This document shows positions 41,358 through 50,482 of a stretch of DNA of 64,000 nt, in pieces. The DNA comes from Candidatus Woesebacteria bacterium. GTDB taxonomy: Bacteria; Patescibacteriota; Microgenomatia; UBA1400; MFAQ01. The stretch is from contig DAOORK010000001.1 in NCBI GenBank assembly GCA_035389185.1, forward strand, positions 65,006 to 129,005. Reading direction: 5' to 3'. Below the pieces are notes generated by a model, which had not been told where the DNA came from, did not search any database, and saw only the letters and a list, made by a program, of their open reading frames with translations. The translations under genes were made by a program, and so were the position numbers. The stretch's first letter is position 1. Each line of letters starts with the position of its first letter.

Positions 41358-41755
41358 AAAAACGCAATGGTTTTACTTTTGTTGAACTTCTAGTCGTTAT
41401 TACGATAATTGCCGTTATTTTCGCGGCCGGTGTGGTGTCCTACTCCGCGATTGCCAAGAACTCCAGAGATGCAAGAAGAAGGGCGGATTTGGAGGCCATT
41501 AGACAAGCCTTGGAGATGTGTCGTTCTATTGCCGGTGAGTATCCGCTACTGATTTATCAAAGTGGTAGTACAGGCACAATAACCTGTTCCGATTCAAATG
41601 CTACCGTTACGATGTCCTCTACCCCTGTTGATCCAAGACCTTGCGACGCTGCTACGGACGGAAAATATGCATATACAACAGATGGAAGCAGTTATACATT
41701 GACCGCGACTTGTATGGAAGACACCTCTTTGACTAAAACGGTGACAAATCCATGA
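41354..41755 (+). CDS. Pilin-like protein
   Basis: MKKRNGFTFVELLVVITIIAVIFAA. Overlaps the previous gene by 4 nt (ATGA). Confidence 0.7.
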   Translation: MKKRNGFTFVELLVVITIIAVIFAAGVVSYSAIAKNSRDARRRADLEAIRQALEMCRSIAGEYPLLIYQSGSTGTITCSDSNATVTMSSTPVDPRPCDAATDGKYAYTTDGSSYTLTATCMEDTSLTKTVTNP

Positions 41756-42258
41756 AAAAAAAAGAGTTGATACTGGGCGCTTTTTCGCTAATTGAGCTGA
41801 TGGTTACGATCTCAATTATTATTGTTTTGTCGGGGACGGTAATTGCGGGATATTTTCGATTTTCCCAAAGACAGGCGGCAATGAATGATGCCAGAAGTTT
41901 GATGAGCCAGATGAAGAAGATCCAGTCTCTAGCTCAAAACTTGGTTTATCCTGACGGTTGTGGAGGTCTGCAAAATTATAAACTTTCTCCTGTCTGTACT
42001 GGAGTTGACTGTCGTTCTGTAAGGGTTGTGGCAACTTGTGTGAGCGGGGGGGACGCTAACGGAGAAATTGTAATTACGGAAAGTGAGGAAGTTCTGGGAA
42101 AGGCCTATTTTACTGATCAGACAGGAACTTATACTTTTTCTGCGGGAACGGGGGTAATCTCTCCGGTGGGTTCTTTGGAAATATCCTATTTGAATAGCCC
42201 CTATCAGTTTGGCGTGGAGATATACGAAAACGGTAATATTGCTGTAGTTGAAAAATGA
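41752..42258 (+). CDS. Minor pilin-like protein
   Basis: GAFSLIELMVTISIIIVLSG prepilin-like N-terminus. 4-nt overlaps with both neighbours. Confidence 0.6.
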   Translation: MKKKELILGAFSLIELMVTISIIIVLSGTVIAGYFRFSQRQAAMNDARSLMSQMKKIQSLAQNLVYPDGCGGLQNYKLSPVCTGVDCRSVRVVATCVSGGDANGEIVITESEEVLGKAYFTDQTGTYTFSAGTGVISPVGSLEISYLNSPYQFGVEIYENGNIAVVEK

Positions 42259-42686
42259 AAATAAAAACGATTAACCATGGACAAACATTAATTGAGATTG
42301 TAGTGGCTGTCGGAATTATCTCTCTTGTCTTAGTAGGAGTATCAGACATCGTGTCTCGGTCTTTGAGTATGTTGAGTTACCAAAAAGATAGAAGCGGGGC
42401 GGTTAACCTAGCTCAAAAACAGATTAATTATTATCGCGGAGAGCGAGATAAAGCACCAATAACTTTTTTTAATAATCTAGATAGTTTTCAAGTATGTCAG
42501 GGCACGATTGACGAAGATGGAAAATTTGACGGAAAATATAACTGTGTTATTTCCTATCATGATTTGGGAGATGTAGTGGATATGACGGTGACGGTAATCT
42601 GGAACGGGGGTAAAAAGGATGCAGATGGTCAGGAGGTGACAATGAAAGTCGAGTTATCACAAGACTTAGCAAAACCCACAAGATGA
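42255..42686 (+). CDS. Minor pilin-like protein
   Basis: GQTLIEIVVAVGIISLVLVG prepilin-like N-terminus. Confidence 0.6.
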   Translation: MKIKTINHGQTLIEIVVAVGIISLVLVGVSDIVSRSLSMLSYQKDRSGAVNLAQKQINYYRGERDKAPITFFNNLDSFQVCQGTIDEDGKFDGKYNCVISYHDLGDVVDMTVTVIWNGGKKDADGQEVTMKVELSQDLAKPTR

Positions 42687-43225
42687 AACAACACAAAGGA
42701 TACACACTTTTTGAGTTGGTAGTAACGGTTTCTCTTCTAGTAATCGTTTTATTGGGAGGAACAACAATTTTCTTCAGAAGCTTTCGATCAAGCGGTGTCA
42801 GTGACATTCAATCAACAGTAAATAGCGGTTTGCGTGCGGTGGCAGAAATGATTGAAAGAACATTGCGTTACGGCACGGTGATGAGAGTCATTGATAGTGA
42901 TGGTGTACAAAAAACCAGAGAAGACTGTATCTTGGCTGCAAAGAACAATGAAGGTGTAGTTGGCTATTCTTTAGTTGTAAAGGACAGTGTTGGAGGTACG
43001 GCAATATATTCTTTATCTGATGGTGTAGTGTCTTCAAATTCCGGAGTAGTAATCAGCAGTCCGGATGTTTACGTCACAAAGATGCAGTTTACCTGGTACT
43101 GTCGTTCTGGGGTAAATGATAGAATTAATTTGCTTGTTGAAGCTACTTCGAGTGCCACGTCTGGTGAGGGGTATTCCGGAGAGCTGGCAAGAGACATTAA
43201 TTTATTGAATAGCGGTATTTATTGA
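42683..43225 (+). CDS. Minor pilin-like protein
   Basis: KGYTLFELVVTVSLLVIVLLGG prepilin-like N-terminus. Confidence 0.6.
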   Translation: MKQHKGYTLFELVVTVSLLVIVLLGGTTIFFRSFRSSGVSDIQSTVNSGLRAVAEMIERTLRYGTVMRVIDSDGVQKTREDCILAAKNNEGVVGYSLVVKDSVGGTAIYSLSDGVVSSNSGVVISSPDVYVTKMQFTWYCRSGVNDRINLLVEATSSATSGEGYSGELARDINLLNSGIY

Positions 43226-44016
43226 TGAAGTATCGAGCACAAAAGGGTATCCATCGTGGTCAGGTTGCTTTGGTGATGGTTTTGATTATGACAGTTCTTA
43301 GTGCTTTGGCTGTGTCGTTGGCTTCAAGGTCCACCATCGATACAAGAGTTCAGCAAACCGAAACTGAGAGTGTACAGGCATTAATTGCGGCTCAAACTGG
43401 ACTGGAACAGCTTATTATGTCTACCGACACAAATGTTTCGACGGATACTTATGTGGCAAACAAAACTACTTCTGGTTCGGAAAGTTTGGACATTGGTCGA
43501 GTTGAGTCGGGCGGTACGGTTGAACTCAGTTTGGCTGATGCTGATTTTAGTACCTTGACCGGATTTGCAGTTTACTGGAGTCCTGAAAAAAGTGATCCTT
43601 CAGGAACACCTTCTGTTTTTATTTCGGTTGTTCGTAATAATAGCGGTACTGTGTCATTGAGTGATTATGCTTATGCTTACACAGAAGAAAATGGGTTTAC
43701 ACTAGCTCAGAGCGGTTCTGAGGAGGGTTACGATAAGAGATCCGGGGATGTTTCATCGGACACGATTGCGGTCAACAGTAGCGTGGTCGGAATTCGAATT
43801 ACCGTTTATGGCAGTCCGGCTTTAGTGAAAGTTTTCCCTCGTGGTTCTGATGGAGCAGAGTTTCCTCCTCAACTCAAGTCGATAAGGTCGGTCGGATCAA
43901 TTGAGTCCGGTGATAAAACAGTAAAATATGGTCTTCAATATGAAGAGTCCGAAAATGATACGGTCCCAGGTATATTCGATTATGTTTTGTTTTCCGGAGG
44001 GTCGTTGATACAGTAG
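43222..44016 (+). CDS. PilX-like minor pilus component
   Basis: N-terminus KGIHRGQVALVMVLIMTVLSALAVSLAS resembles the PilX_N domain. Confidence 0.55.
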   Translation: MMKYRAQKGIHRGQVALVMVLIMTVLSALAVSLASRSTIDTRVQQTETESVQALIAAQTGLEQLIMSTDTNVSTDTYVANKTTSGSESLDIGRVESGGTVELSLADADFSTLTGFAVYWSPEKSDPSGTPSVFISVVRNNSGTVSLSDYAYAYTEENGFTLAQSGSEEGYDKRSGDVSSDTIAVNSSVVGIRITVYGSPALVKVFPRGSDGAEFPPQLKSIRSVGSIESGDKTVKYGLQYEESENDTVPGIFDYVLFSGGSLIQ

Positions 44017-44027
44017 ATATCTGTATT

Positions 44028-45074
44028 TTGGGTATGGAGATGAGTTATACTGAAATAAGTATGGCTGCCCATTTTGGTTTGGATATTGGATCCACAAGTA
44101 TTAAGATTTTGAAATCTGACGGAAAGAAAATTTCTGGTGTTTCTATTGTCCAGAATAATGCCGGAAAAAGTTTGTTGGCAATGTCAAATGCCGAAAAGAT
44201 AGCTTTGGTAGATCAAATAAAGACATTGGTCAAGTCATCGGGTATTCGAGGTCGTCAAGTGGTAGCATCGATTCCTGAGTCGTTAGTTTACTCAAAAGTC
44301 ATGCAGTTTCCGATCATGTCGACTCCTGAGTTGGCAACAGCAATTAAATGGGAGCTTGATCAGTCGGTCCCCTTTCCCCCAAATGAGGTAGAAATGTCTT
44401 GGGTCGTGTTGGATAGACCGGATAAAGTACGCGGTGATGAAAAGATTTTGGTTTACGTTGTGGCTGTACCTACAAACGTGTCTGATGCCTACGTACAACT
44501 TTTGGAGCTTATTGGACTTGAGCCGTTGAGACTAGAAAATGAAACACCGTCATTATTAAGAGCATTCGCTTCTTCTTTAAACGACGCTACTCCTTCAATG
44601 ATTGTGGATATGGGTGCCAGTGGAACAGGTATTATTTTGGCAGGTAAAGAAAAAATCTTTAGTAACTTCTATTTACCTTTTGGCGGTGAAGTAATGACTA
44701 AGCTTATTTCCGACGCTTTCGGTATGCCGATTGATCAGGCGGAAACCTATAAACGAACCTATGGAATCGATCAGAACCAGCTAGAAGGAAAGGTTTTTAA
44801 AGTCTTAAAACCAGCGATTGATAATATTGTCGGTGAGATAAAAAAGATGGCCGTTTCTTATCAAAATGATCATTCCGGATCGATTGTTTCTCGGGTGATA
44901 CTGACGGGAGGAGGAGCTTATCTTTTGGGATTATTGCCGTATTTGTCGGCTTCTTTAGAGGGGTTTGAAGTGGTGATTGGCGATACTTTTTCAGGGTTAA
45001 ACGTTGAACAAAAATATAAAACCCTTGGCCCGATATTTGCAATCGCCTATGGATTATCGAGTGACCTGTCATGA
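44028..45074 (+). CDS. pilM: Type IV pilus assembly protein PilM (actin-like ATPase)
   Basis: FGLDIGSTSIKIL phosphate-1 motif of the actin/FtsA fold. 348 aa. Confidence 0.8.
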   Translation: MGMEMSYTEISMAAHFGLDIGSTSIKILKSDGKKISGVSIVQNNAGKSLLAMSNAEKIALVDQIKTLVKSSGIRGRQVVASIPESLVYSKVMQFPIMSTPELATAIKWELDQSVPFPPNEVEMSWVVLDRPDKVRGDEKILVYVVAVPTNVSDAYVQLLELIGLEPLRLENETPSLLRAFASSLNDATPSMIVDMGASGTGIILAGKEKIFSNFYLPFGGEVMTKLISDAFGMPIDQAETYKRTYGIDQNQLEGKVFKVLKPAIDNIVGEIKKMAVSYQNDHSGSIVSRVILTGGGAYLLGLLPYLSASLEGFEVVIGDTFSGLNVEQKYKTLGPIFAIAYGLSSDLS

Positions 45075-45634
45075 TTAAAGTAAATCTTATTAGTAAGAAA
45101 AGACGCTCTCTTAAAGGTGAGAACTGGACACGTTTGATCGTGAATATCCTGTTTGGTTTGTTTTCGGCGTATTTTTTGGGGATTACTCTATATGTGGTGA
45201 TTTCGATGTTGGTTTTGAACAACAAGATTAAAAATACTCAAAATGAGGCACAAGAAATCTCATCGATGATGCTGAAGAATAACGAAAAATTAAGTCGCTT
45301 TGTGCTGACAAAACTGATTCTGACTCAGATTGAGAGTTCAAACAAGGGACGTTTTAAGTATAAAGAGTATCTTGATGGAGCGTCAGCATTATTGCCGGTA
45401 AACGCGTCGATATCAGGTGTTGATTTTTCCGTTAAAGGTTGGATGTCTGTTGCTGTGACTTCAAAAGATGTTTTGCTACTTAGATCTTTGGAAAATGTGT
45501 TGATTAACGAAGGCACTTGGAAAGATAATCGGTATTTTTCAAGTGCTTATGTTGAAAGTGTTACTCGAGATAAAAGCGGTGTGTATTACGCAAGATTACA
45601 ACTTGAACTAAAACAGATAAATGGCACAAAATAA
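45071..45634 (+). CDS. PilN-like bitopic membrane protein
   Basis: MIKVNLISKKRR N-terminus followed by a single TM helix. Follows pilM with a 4-nt overlap. Confidence 0.6.
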   Translation: MIKVNLISKKRRSLKGENWTRLIVNILFGLFSAYFLGITLYVVISMLVLNNKIKNTQNEAQEISSMMLKNNEKLSRFVLTKLILTQIESSNKGRFKYKEYLDGASALLPVNASISGVDFSVKGWMSVAVTSKDVLLLRSLENVLINEGTWKDNRYFSSAYVESVTRDKSGVYYARLQLELKQINGTK

Positions 45635-46415
45635 AATAGTTGGCTATAAAAATATTTTTGGATTCGTTTTGCCCGACTGGGTAGATGAGTCTCTGATTAG
45701 AATGATCGTAACGGTACTGATGTTGAGTGTGGTGATGCTTTTTGTTTTGTTTTTTGTAGTATGGCCAAAACTGGATAGTGTTGAAGAACTAAGGTCCACT
45801 TTAAAAGAGGAAACAGCTAGTTTGAGCTTATTAAAGAGTTCACAAGAAGGATTTAATAAACTAAACGAACAGATACCGGAGAATCTACAAGAAATGGTGT
45901 TGTCAGCTATTCCGCAAACATATTCACCTGAGAAAGCCATTTTTCTTTTAAGACGGATTGCAAATGATACGGGAGTTTCGATTACTTCGTATAAGTTACC
46001 GTCAGGGGTGGTTTTTAGCACTGACGAATCTAAACAAGGTACCGGAGGAGAAACTATGGTCGATTTTGCCAATTTCCCAATCAGAATTTCCGTTTCTGCC
46101 CCGGTAAACTCTTTACTTTTGTTTATTGACAAAATTGAAAGTTCTTTGCCATATGGGGTTGTTTCCGATCTTAATATGCAGGAGGTGACAAAGTTGGTTA
46201 GAACATCAGCCGGATCGGTTAATATGGATCTGGAAATAAAGTATTTCCAGTCAACCTTAAAAAAGGTTGATATTACAAAAATTGGCTCATTTACGGGAAC
46301 GGACTTAGATATGGTAAAACAGATGGCTACCTTTTCCCGATACAATCTTGATTCTGACTTAGGGAACATGGGACAAGGGTCGGTAACCACGACGACAAAT
46401 ATCTTCGGCTTTTAA
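45621..46415 (+). CDS. PilO-like bitopic membrane protein
   Basis: Single TM helix followed by coiled-coil and a periplasmic-type domain. Last gene of the pilus locus. Terminator at 46423-46437. Confidence 0.5.
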   Translation: MAQNKIVGYKNIFGFVLPDWVDESLIRMIVTVLMLSVVMLFVLFFVVWPKLDSVEELRSTLKEETASLSLLKSSQEGFNKLNEQIPENLQEMVLSAIPQTYSPEKAIFLLRRIANDTGVSITSYKLPSGVVFSTDESKQGTGGETMVDFANFPIRISVSAPVNSLLLFIDKIESSLPYGVVSDLNMQEVTKLVRTSAGSVNMDLEIKYFQSTLKKVDITKIGSFTGTDLDMVKQMATFSRYNLDSDLGNMGQGSVTTTTNIFGF

Positions 46416-46422
46416 CAAAAAA

Positions 46423-46437
46423 CCCTCTAATTGAGGG
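46423..46437. terminator. Bidirectional terminator hairpin
   Basis: Hairpin ccctc-taatt-gaggg followed by CTTTTTGTTTG. Confidence 0.55.
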
Positions 46438-46462
46438 CTTTTTGTTTGTTATTTTGCATTCT

Positions 46463-46870
46463 TTATTCTGCTTCCTCGTCTTTCTTTTCTTCAGCCAATT
46501 CTTCAGTTTCCTTTACTGGCTCTTCTTCTTTGGCTTCTTCGACGACTTCGGCAACTTCTTCCAAAGCCTCTTCTTTTTCTTCGACCAAATCTTCAGTTTC
46601 CTTTACTGGCTCTTCTTCTTTGGCTTCGATTCCATCTTCCAGAAGATCAACGATGGCTCGAGTGCCCTTTTGGATGGCGGCAATTCGAACTATTTGACGA
46701 ATAGATTTTATGACCTTGCCTTGTTTTCCAATGACACGTCCGACATCTTCAGGATCTACCTTAATAAGGTACTTGGTAGCTTCTTTGTCTTCGGTTTGCT
46801 CTTCTGAAATAACGACACTTTCAGGGTGGTTAACGATGTTGCTAACGATGTACTCGATTAGTTGTTTCAT
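46463..46870 (-). CDS. KH-domain RNA-binding protein (UPF0109/YlqC-like) with repetitive acidic C-terminal tail
   Basis: KH core VGRVIGKQGKVIKSIRQI. Located next to rpsP as in many bacteria. The tail (EEEPVKETEEL...) is encoded by a ~45-nt direct repeat. Confidence 0.65.
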   Translation of the reverse strand: MKQLIEYIVSNIVNHPESVVISEEQTEDKEATKYLIKVDPEDVGRVIGKQGKVIKSIRQIVRIAAIQKGTRAIVDLLEDGIEAKEEEPVKETEDLVEEKEEALEEVAEVVEEAKEEEPVKETEELAEEKKDEEAE

Positions 46871-46871
46871 T

Positions 46872-47096
46872 TTATTTAACTAATTTTCTAATGGTGTCTG
46901 TTGGCTGAGCTCCTTTAGTTAGCCATAATTGATAATTTTCTTTATTTATTTCTAATTTGTTTTCCGGATCGTGAGGATTGTAAGTACCCAAGGTATCAAT
47001 TACCTTTCCGGTGAGTTTGGATTTCTCTTCAGCGACGACAATACGATAGAATCGTTGGTGTTTTTTACCAGTCGGTTGTAGTTTGATTTTTAGCAT
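46872..47096 (-). CDS. rpsP: 30S ribosomal protein S16
   Basis: MLKIKLQPTGKKHQRFYRIVVAEEKSKLTGKVIDTLGTYNP matches the S16 N-terminal signature. Confidence 0.85.
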   Translation of the reverse strand: MLKIKLQPTGKKHQRFYRIVVAEEKSKLTGKVIDTLGTYNPHDPENKLEINKENYQLWLTKGAQPTDTIRKLVK

Positions 47097-47103
47097 AGCG
47101 ATA

Positions 47104-47787
47104 TTATATCAGTTCCAGGGCTCTTTTAGCAGCGTTCTGCTCGGCCTCCTGTTTGTTTTTACCTACTCCCGTGGCCGTTTCTTTGTTGTTAATATTGACG
47201 GTTACTTCAAATGTTTTGTCATGATCTGGGCCAATTTCGTTGATCGTCCGATATGATGGAGAGGTAAAACCAAGACCTTGAACTTTTTCTTGGAGCAGAG
47301 ATTTAGCATCTTTGAGTTGGTCTTCGGAGATGATTTCCTTGACGTTGGGAATAATAAATTTTTCGAAAAATAATTTAGCAATTTCTATTCCCCCGTCACA
47401 GAAGAGGGCACCAATTAGACTTTCAATCACATCTTCTAGAATAGAGTTGTTTTGTCTTCCTCCAGTGGCCTCTTCGCCTTTACTCATAATGATGTATTCG
47501 TTGATGCCGTTCTCGATATTGATTCGAGAGAGAGACTCGGTACGAACACTGGCTGATCTAGCAGCTGTAAGATACCCTTCTTGTTTGTCAGGGTATTTGT
47601 TGTAAAGGTAGACGGAGATAAGCATTTCCAGAACGGCATCACCTAGGAATTCGAGTCTTTCATAACTTTCGGAGATTCCTGGTTCGTTTAGACACGAACG
47701 ATGAGTTAAGGCAGCAATCAAAAATGATTCATTTTTGAAGGAGTAACCTATTTTTTCTTGGAGAGGTTTAAGATTTGGGAGTTTCAT
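47104..47787 (-). CDS. rnc: Ribonuclease III
   Basis: RNase III signature ERLEFLGDAVL. C-terminal dsRBD. Confidence 0.9.
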   Translation of the reverse strand: MKLPNLKPLQEKIGYSFKNESFLIAALTHRSCLNEPGISESYERLEFLGDAVLEMLISVYLYNKYPDKQEGYLTAARSASVRTESLSRINIENGINEYIIMSKGEEATGGRQNNSILEDVIESLIGALFCDGGIEIAKLFFEKFIIPNVKEIISEDQLKDAKSLLQEKVQGLGFTSPSYRTINEIGPDHDKTFEVTVNINNKETATGVGKNKQEAEQNAAKRALELI

Positions 47788-48157
47788 TTTCGGTGTCTGG
47801 TCTTCCGGAGAGCTTGATGGCCGATGCTAAGGCGCCGTTAACGAAACTAGAGCTCGTTTTACCTCCATAACGTTTAGCGATTTCGACAGCTTCATCAATA
47901 ATGACTTTGGTAGGTGTTTCTGTCTTGTATATAAGTTCGTAAACAGCCTGTCGGAGAACTGCGAGGTCAACACGATTTATTTGAGAAATTGGCCACTCCG
48001 GAGCACATTTTTGGACAATGTCATCAATTTTTTCGATGTTGGCCAAAACTTTGTCTACTCTTGAAGGTCGTTCCTCTTGAGGAGTGAACATTCCGGCAAA
48101 AAGAGACTTAAAAACAGCAATTCTTTTTAAGTGTCTTGGATCTTGGGCAGATTTCAC
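47768..48157 (-). CDS. NusB-like transcription antitermination factor
   Basis: All-helical 129-aa protein with an RHLKRIAVFKSLF N-terminal region resembling NusB. Confidence 0.5.
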   Translation of the reverse strand: MKSAQDPRHLKRIAVFKSLFAGMFTPQEERPSRVDKVLANIEKIDDIVQKCAPEWPISQINRVDLAVLRQAVYELIYKTETPTKVIIDEAVEIAKRYGGKTSSSFVNGALASAIKLSGRPDTENETPKS

Positions 48158-48163
48158 GGTTTT

Positions 48164-48316
48164 TTATTTTGCTTTACAAATTGGACAGGCAAAGTGAGAT
48201 TTTTTGAGGTTGCCACACTTTTTGCAGGTGATCATTTTGGGTTCAATCAAGTGGATCTGAGAACGTCTAGCTCCTTGTCTTCTTGTTGAATGTTTTCTTT
48301 TGGGTGTTGCGGCCAT
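48164..48316 (-). CDS. rpmF: 50S ribosomal protein L32 (50 aa). Not in the supplied ORF track.
   Basis: Translation MAATPKRKHSTRRQGARRSQIHLIEPKMITCKKCGNLKKSHFACPICKAK. It has the basic N-terminus and CxxC...CxxC ribbon typical of L32. Confidence 0.7.
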   Translation of the reverse strand: MAATPKRKHSTRRQGARRSQIHLIEPKMITCKKCGNLKKSHFACPICKAK

Positions 48317-48349
48317 GATGTATTAGTTTTAATGGATAACAAGTGTATT

Positions 48350-50338
48350 TTAGCAAGTACTCAGTTTAGTAGCAATCTCTTCTGCCTGAGCAATGTTGGA
48401 TTTGACGAGAGATGAGGCTAGTTTCTTGGCTTCAAGAAATAGTTTTTTGGACCAAAAATATTTTAAACTGGTGGGAAGAGATCCGTGTTGCTTAAAACCA
48501 AAGACTTCCCCTGCACCCCTGAGGCGAAGATCTTTTTGGGCAAGAGTGAGACCGGAATGATATTTTTGGAGCAGTTGGAGGCGTTCGGTTTCTTCCTCGT
48601 CATCGGTACTGGGTACTAGGAAACAAAACCCTTGACCTTCTCCCCTACCGACACGTCCTCGAAGCTGATGAAGAGTAGCCAAACCAAATCTTTCTGCCGA
48701 ATGGACAATCATAACGTTAGCGTTCGGGATATCGATACCGACTTCAATTAAAGTGGTGGCAACAAGAACCCCCTTTTCGGAGTTTTTAAAATCGGCCAGT
48801 ACTTTGTTTTGATCGTTGACCTTCATTTTGCCGTGAACAACATAGACCGGATACTGAGGTGGAGTGATACGACGATAAAAAGCAGATATTTTTTCAACCG
48901 AAGCTGTATTGGTATCGTGTTCGGTGATGTTGGGACAAACTACAAATATTTGATTGCCTTCGTTTAGTTTTTGGGCTAACCATTCGGGACTTTTTTTAAA
49001 GTGTGTCGGCGTGGTGACAAATGTTTTTGTAGGCAGGCGATTTAGGGGTTTGTGGATGATACTACTGATTTCGATGTCTCCCAGTAAACCTAAGGCTACA
49101 GTACGAGGTATGGGCGTGGCGGATAGATTGACAAGATGTGGAACAGGAGTGCGCCTCAATAGCTCATCTCTTTGTTTGACACCAAATTTATGCTGCTCGT
49201 CAATGGCCACAAAAGCGAGAGGTGTCTTTAGTGTGGCTGGAATAGCGGAGATTAGGGCGTGTGTACCGATATAAATTGATGGTTTTGAGATATCGATTTT
49301 GTTTCCTGAACTGCCGGTGATTAATTGAATATTGTCGGGAAAGAGTGAGTATTTTTTAAAAGTTTGGTAGTGTTGATTGGCAAGAATTTCGGTCGGAGCC
49401 ATAATGGCACAGCTTTTGTTTTGGGCGATACACTGATTGGCCGCAAATAGTAAGGTGGCAGTTTTTCCCGAACCGGTATCACCTTGAATAAGCCGATGAG
49501 TAAAAGTATCCTGACGAAGATCATGATAGAGTGAGGTGATGGTTTTTTCTTGATCTTTGGTTAGAGTAAACGGTAAACAGGACGAAGTTTCTTGAGTTAT
49601 TTTTGATGAGATACAAAGAGAAACGGATTTTCCAAGATTGTGAAGTTCCAACTGATTTTTAATATTTATCGAGAGATGTTCATTAAAAGAGAGTCTTTTG
49701 TCGGCAAGAAGCTGGTTGTTTTTTGATTTGGGAAAATGGATTTCTTGATATGCCTGATATAGATCTATAAGATCCAGACGTTGAATCAGATCTTGATCTA
49801 GAGGATCGTTGAGGGAGAGAGATGGTAGTATTTCGTAGATTTTTGATCTTAACCATCGTGATGTAATGCCCGCAGTTTGAGGAAATACCGGTACAAGCCC
49901 TCTGGTGTTAATGGAGGGTTTGTGGCCAGACTCAACTACGGGAGAAATAATTGTTTTTCCCTGAGCCCCCCAAAACGAAGTTTTTCCGGCGATGGTGTAG
50001 ATATCCCCACCTTTGATCACACGTTTGATGTATGGGTTGTTGAACCAGGTAAGGACAATTTTCCCCGAACTATCCTCGGCTGTTGATTGACAGATAAGCC
50101 GGCCATTTTTGGTATAGAAAACTTTTGGTTCAGTAAGCTTGGCCGTAAAAGTCTGAGTCTGCCCAATTCTAAGTTCATTAATCGGTACGGGATTGGAAAA
50201 ATCTAGATAGCGACTGGGAAAATGATGAAGAAGATCTCGGATTGTCTCAATACCCAGTTTGTTGAGTTTGGCGGAGATGGAAGGTCCTATTCCCCTGACT
50301 GCGGTGATTGGGTCGTCTGGGAAGTAGGCAGTGCTCAT
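48350..50338 (-). CDS. recG: ATP-dependent DNA helicase RecG
   Basis: Wedge domain. Helicase motifs DTGSGKT and DEQHKFG. Start chosen at Met 50338 (MSTAYFPDDPITAVRGIG). The track ORF extends further into the divergent promoter region. Confidence 0.85.
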   Translation of the reverse strand: MSTAYFPDDPITAVRGIGPSISAKLNKLGIETIRDLLHHFPSRYLDFSNPVPINELRIGQTQTFTAKLTEPKVFYTKNGRLICQSTAEDSSGKIVLTWFNNPYIKRVIKGGDIYTIAGKTSFWGAQGKTIISPVVESGHKPSINTRGLVPVFPQTAGITSRWLRSKIYEILPSLSLNDPLDQDLIQRLDLIDLYQAYQEIHFPKSKNNQLLADKRLSFNEHLSINIKNQLELHNLGKSVSLCISSKITQETSSCLPFTLTKDQEKTITSLYHDLRQDTFTHRLIQGDTGSGKTATLLFAANQCIAQNKSCAIMAPTEILANQHYQTFKKYSLFPDNIQLITGSSGNKIDISKPSIYIGTHALISAIPATLKTPLAFVAIDEQHKFGVKQRDELLRRTPVPHLVNLSATPIPRTVALGLLGDIEISSIIHKPLNRLPTKTFVTTPTHFKKSPEWLAQKLNEGNQIFVVCPNITEHDTNTASVEKISAFYRRITPPQYPVYVVHGKMKVNDQNKVLADFKNSEKGVLVATTLIEVGIDIPNANVMIVHSAERFGLATLHQLRGRVGRGEGQGFCFLVPSTDDEEETERLQLLQKYHSGLTLAQKDLRLRGAGEVFGFKQHGSLPTSLKYFWSKKLFLEAKKLASSLVKSNIAQAEEIATKLSTC

Positions 50339-50482
50339 ATGTAGAAGAATATGGAGGCGAAAGTGGTTAGAACAAGAACGAGTGAGCCTGCGAAAATGAT
50401 CATGGTGTAGATTTTCTTTTGTCTTTTGGTCATAGTTTGTTTGTGCGTATACGTTTATTATATTATTATTAGAGGAGAACAT

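Noticed and set aside
46431-46807. Two overlapping plus-strand ORFs (88 and 121 aa) with Ser/Phe-rich low-complexity translations
   Set aside because: They are antisense to the KH-domain gene across its tandem DNA repeat. Low-complexity composition is typical of spurious frames.
50339-50482. Upstream extensions of recG (to 50482) and of the PBP gene (to 50426)
   Set aside because: The two extensions overlap each other on opposite strands. RecG and PBP homology start at Met 50338 and Met 50483 respectively, and Met 50483 has an AGAGGAG RBS. The intervening 144 bp is best read as a divergent promoter region.
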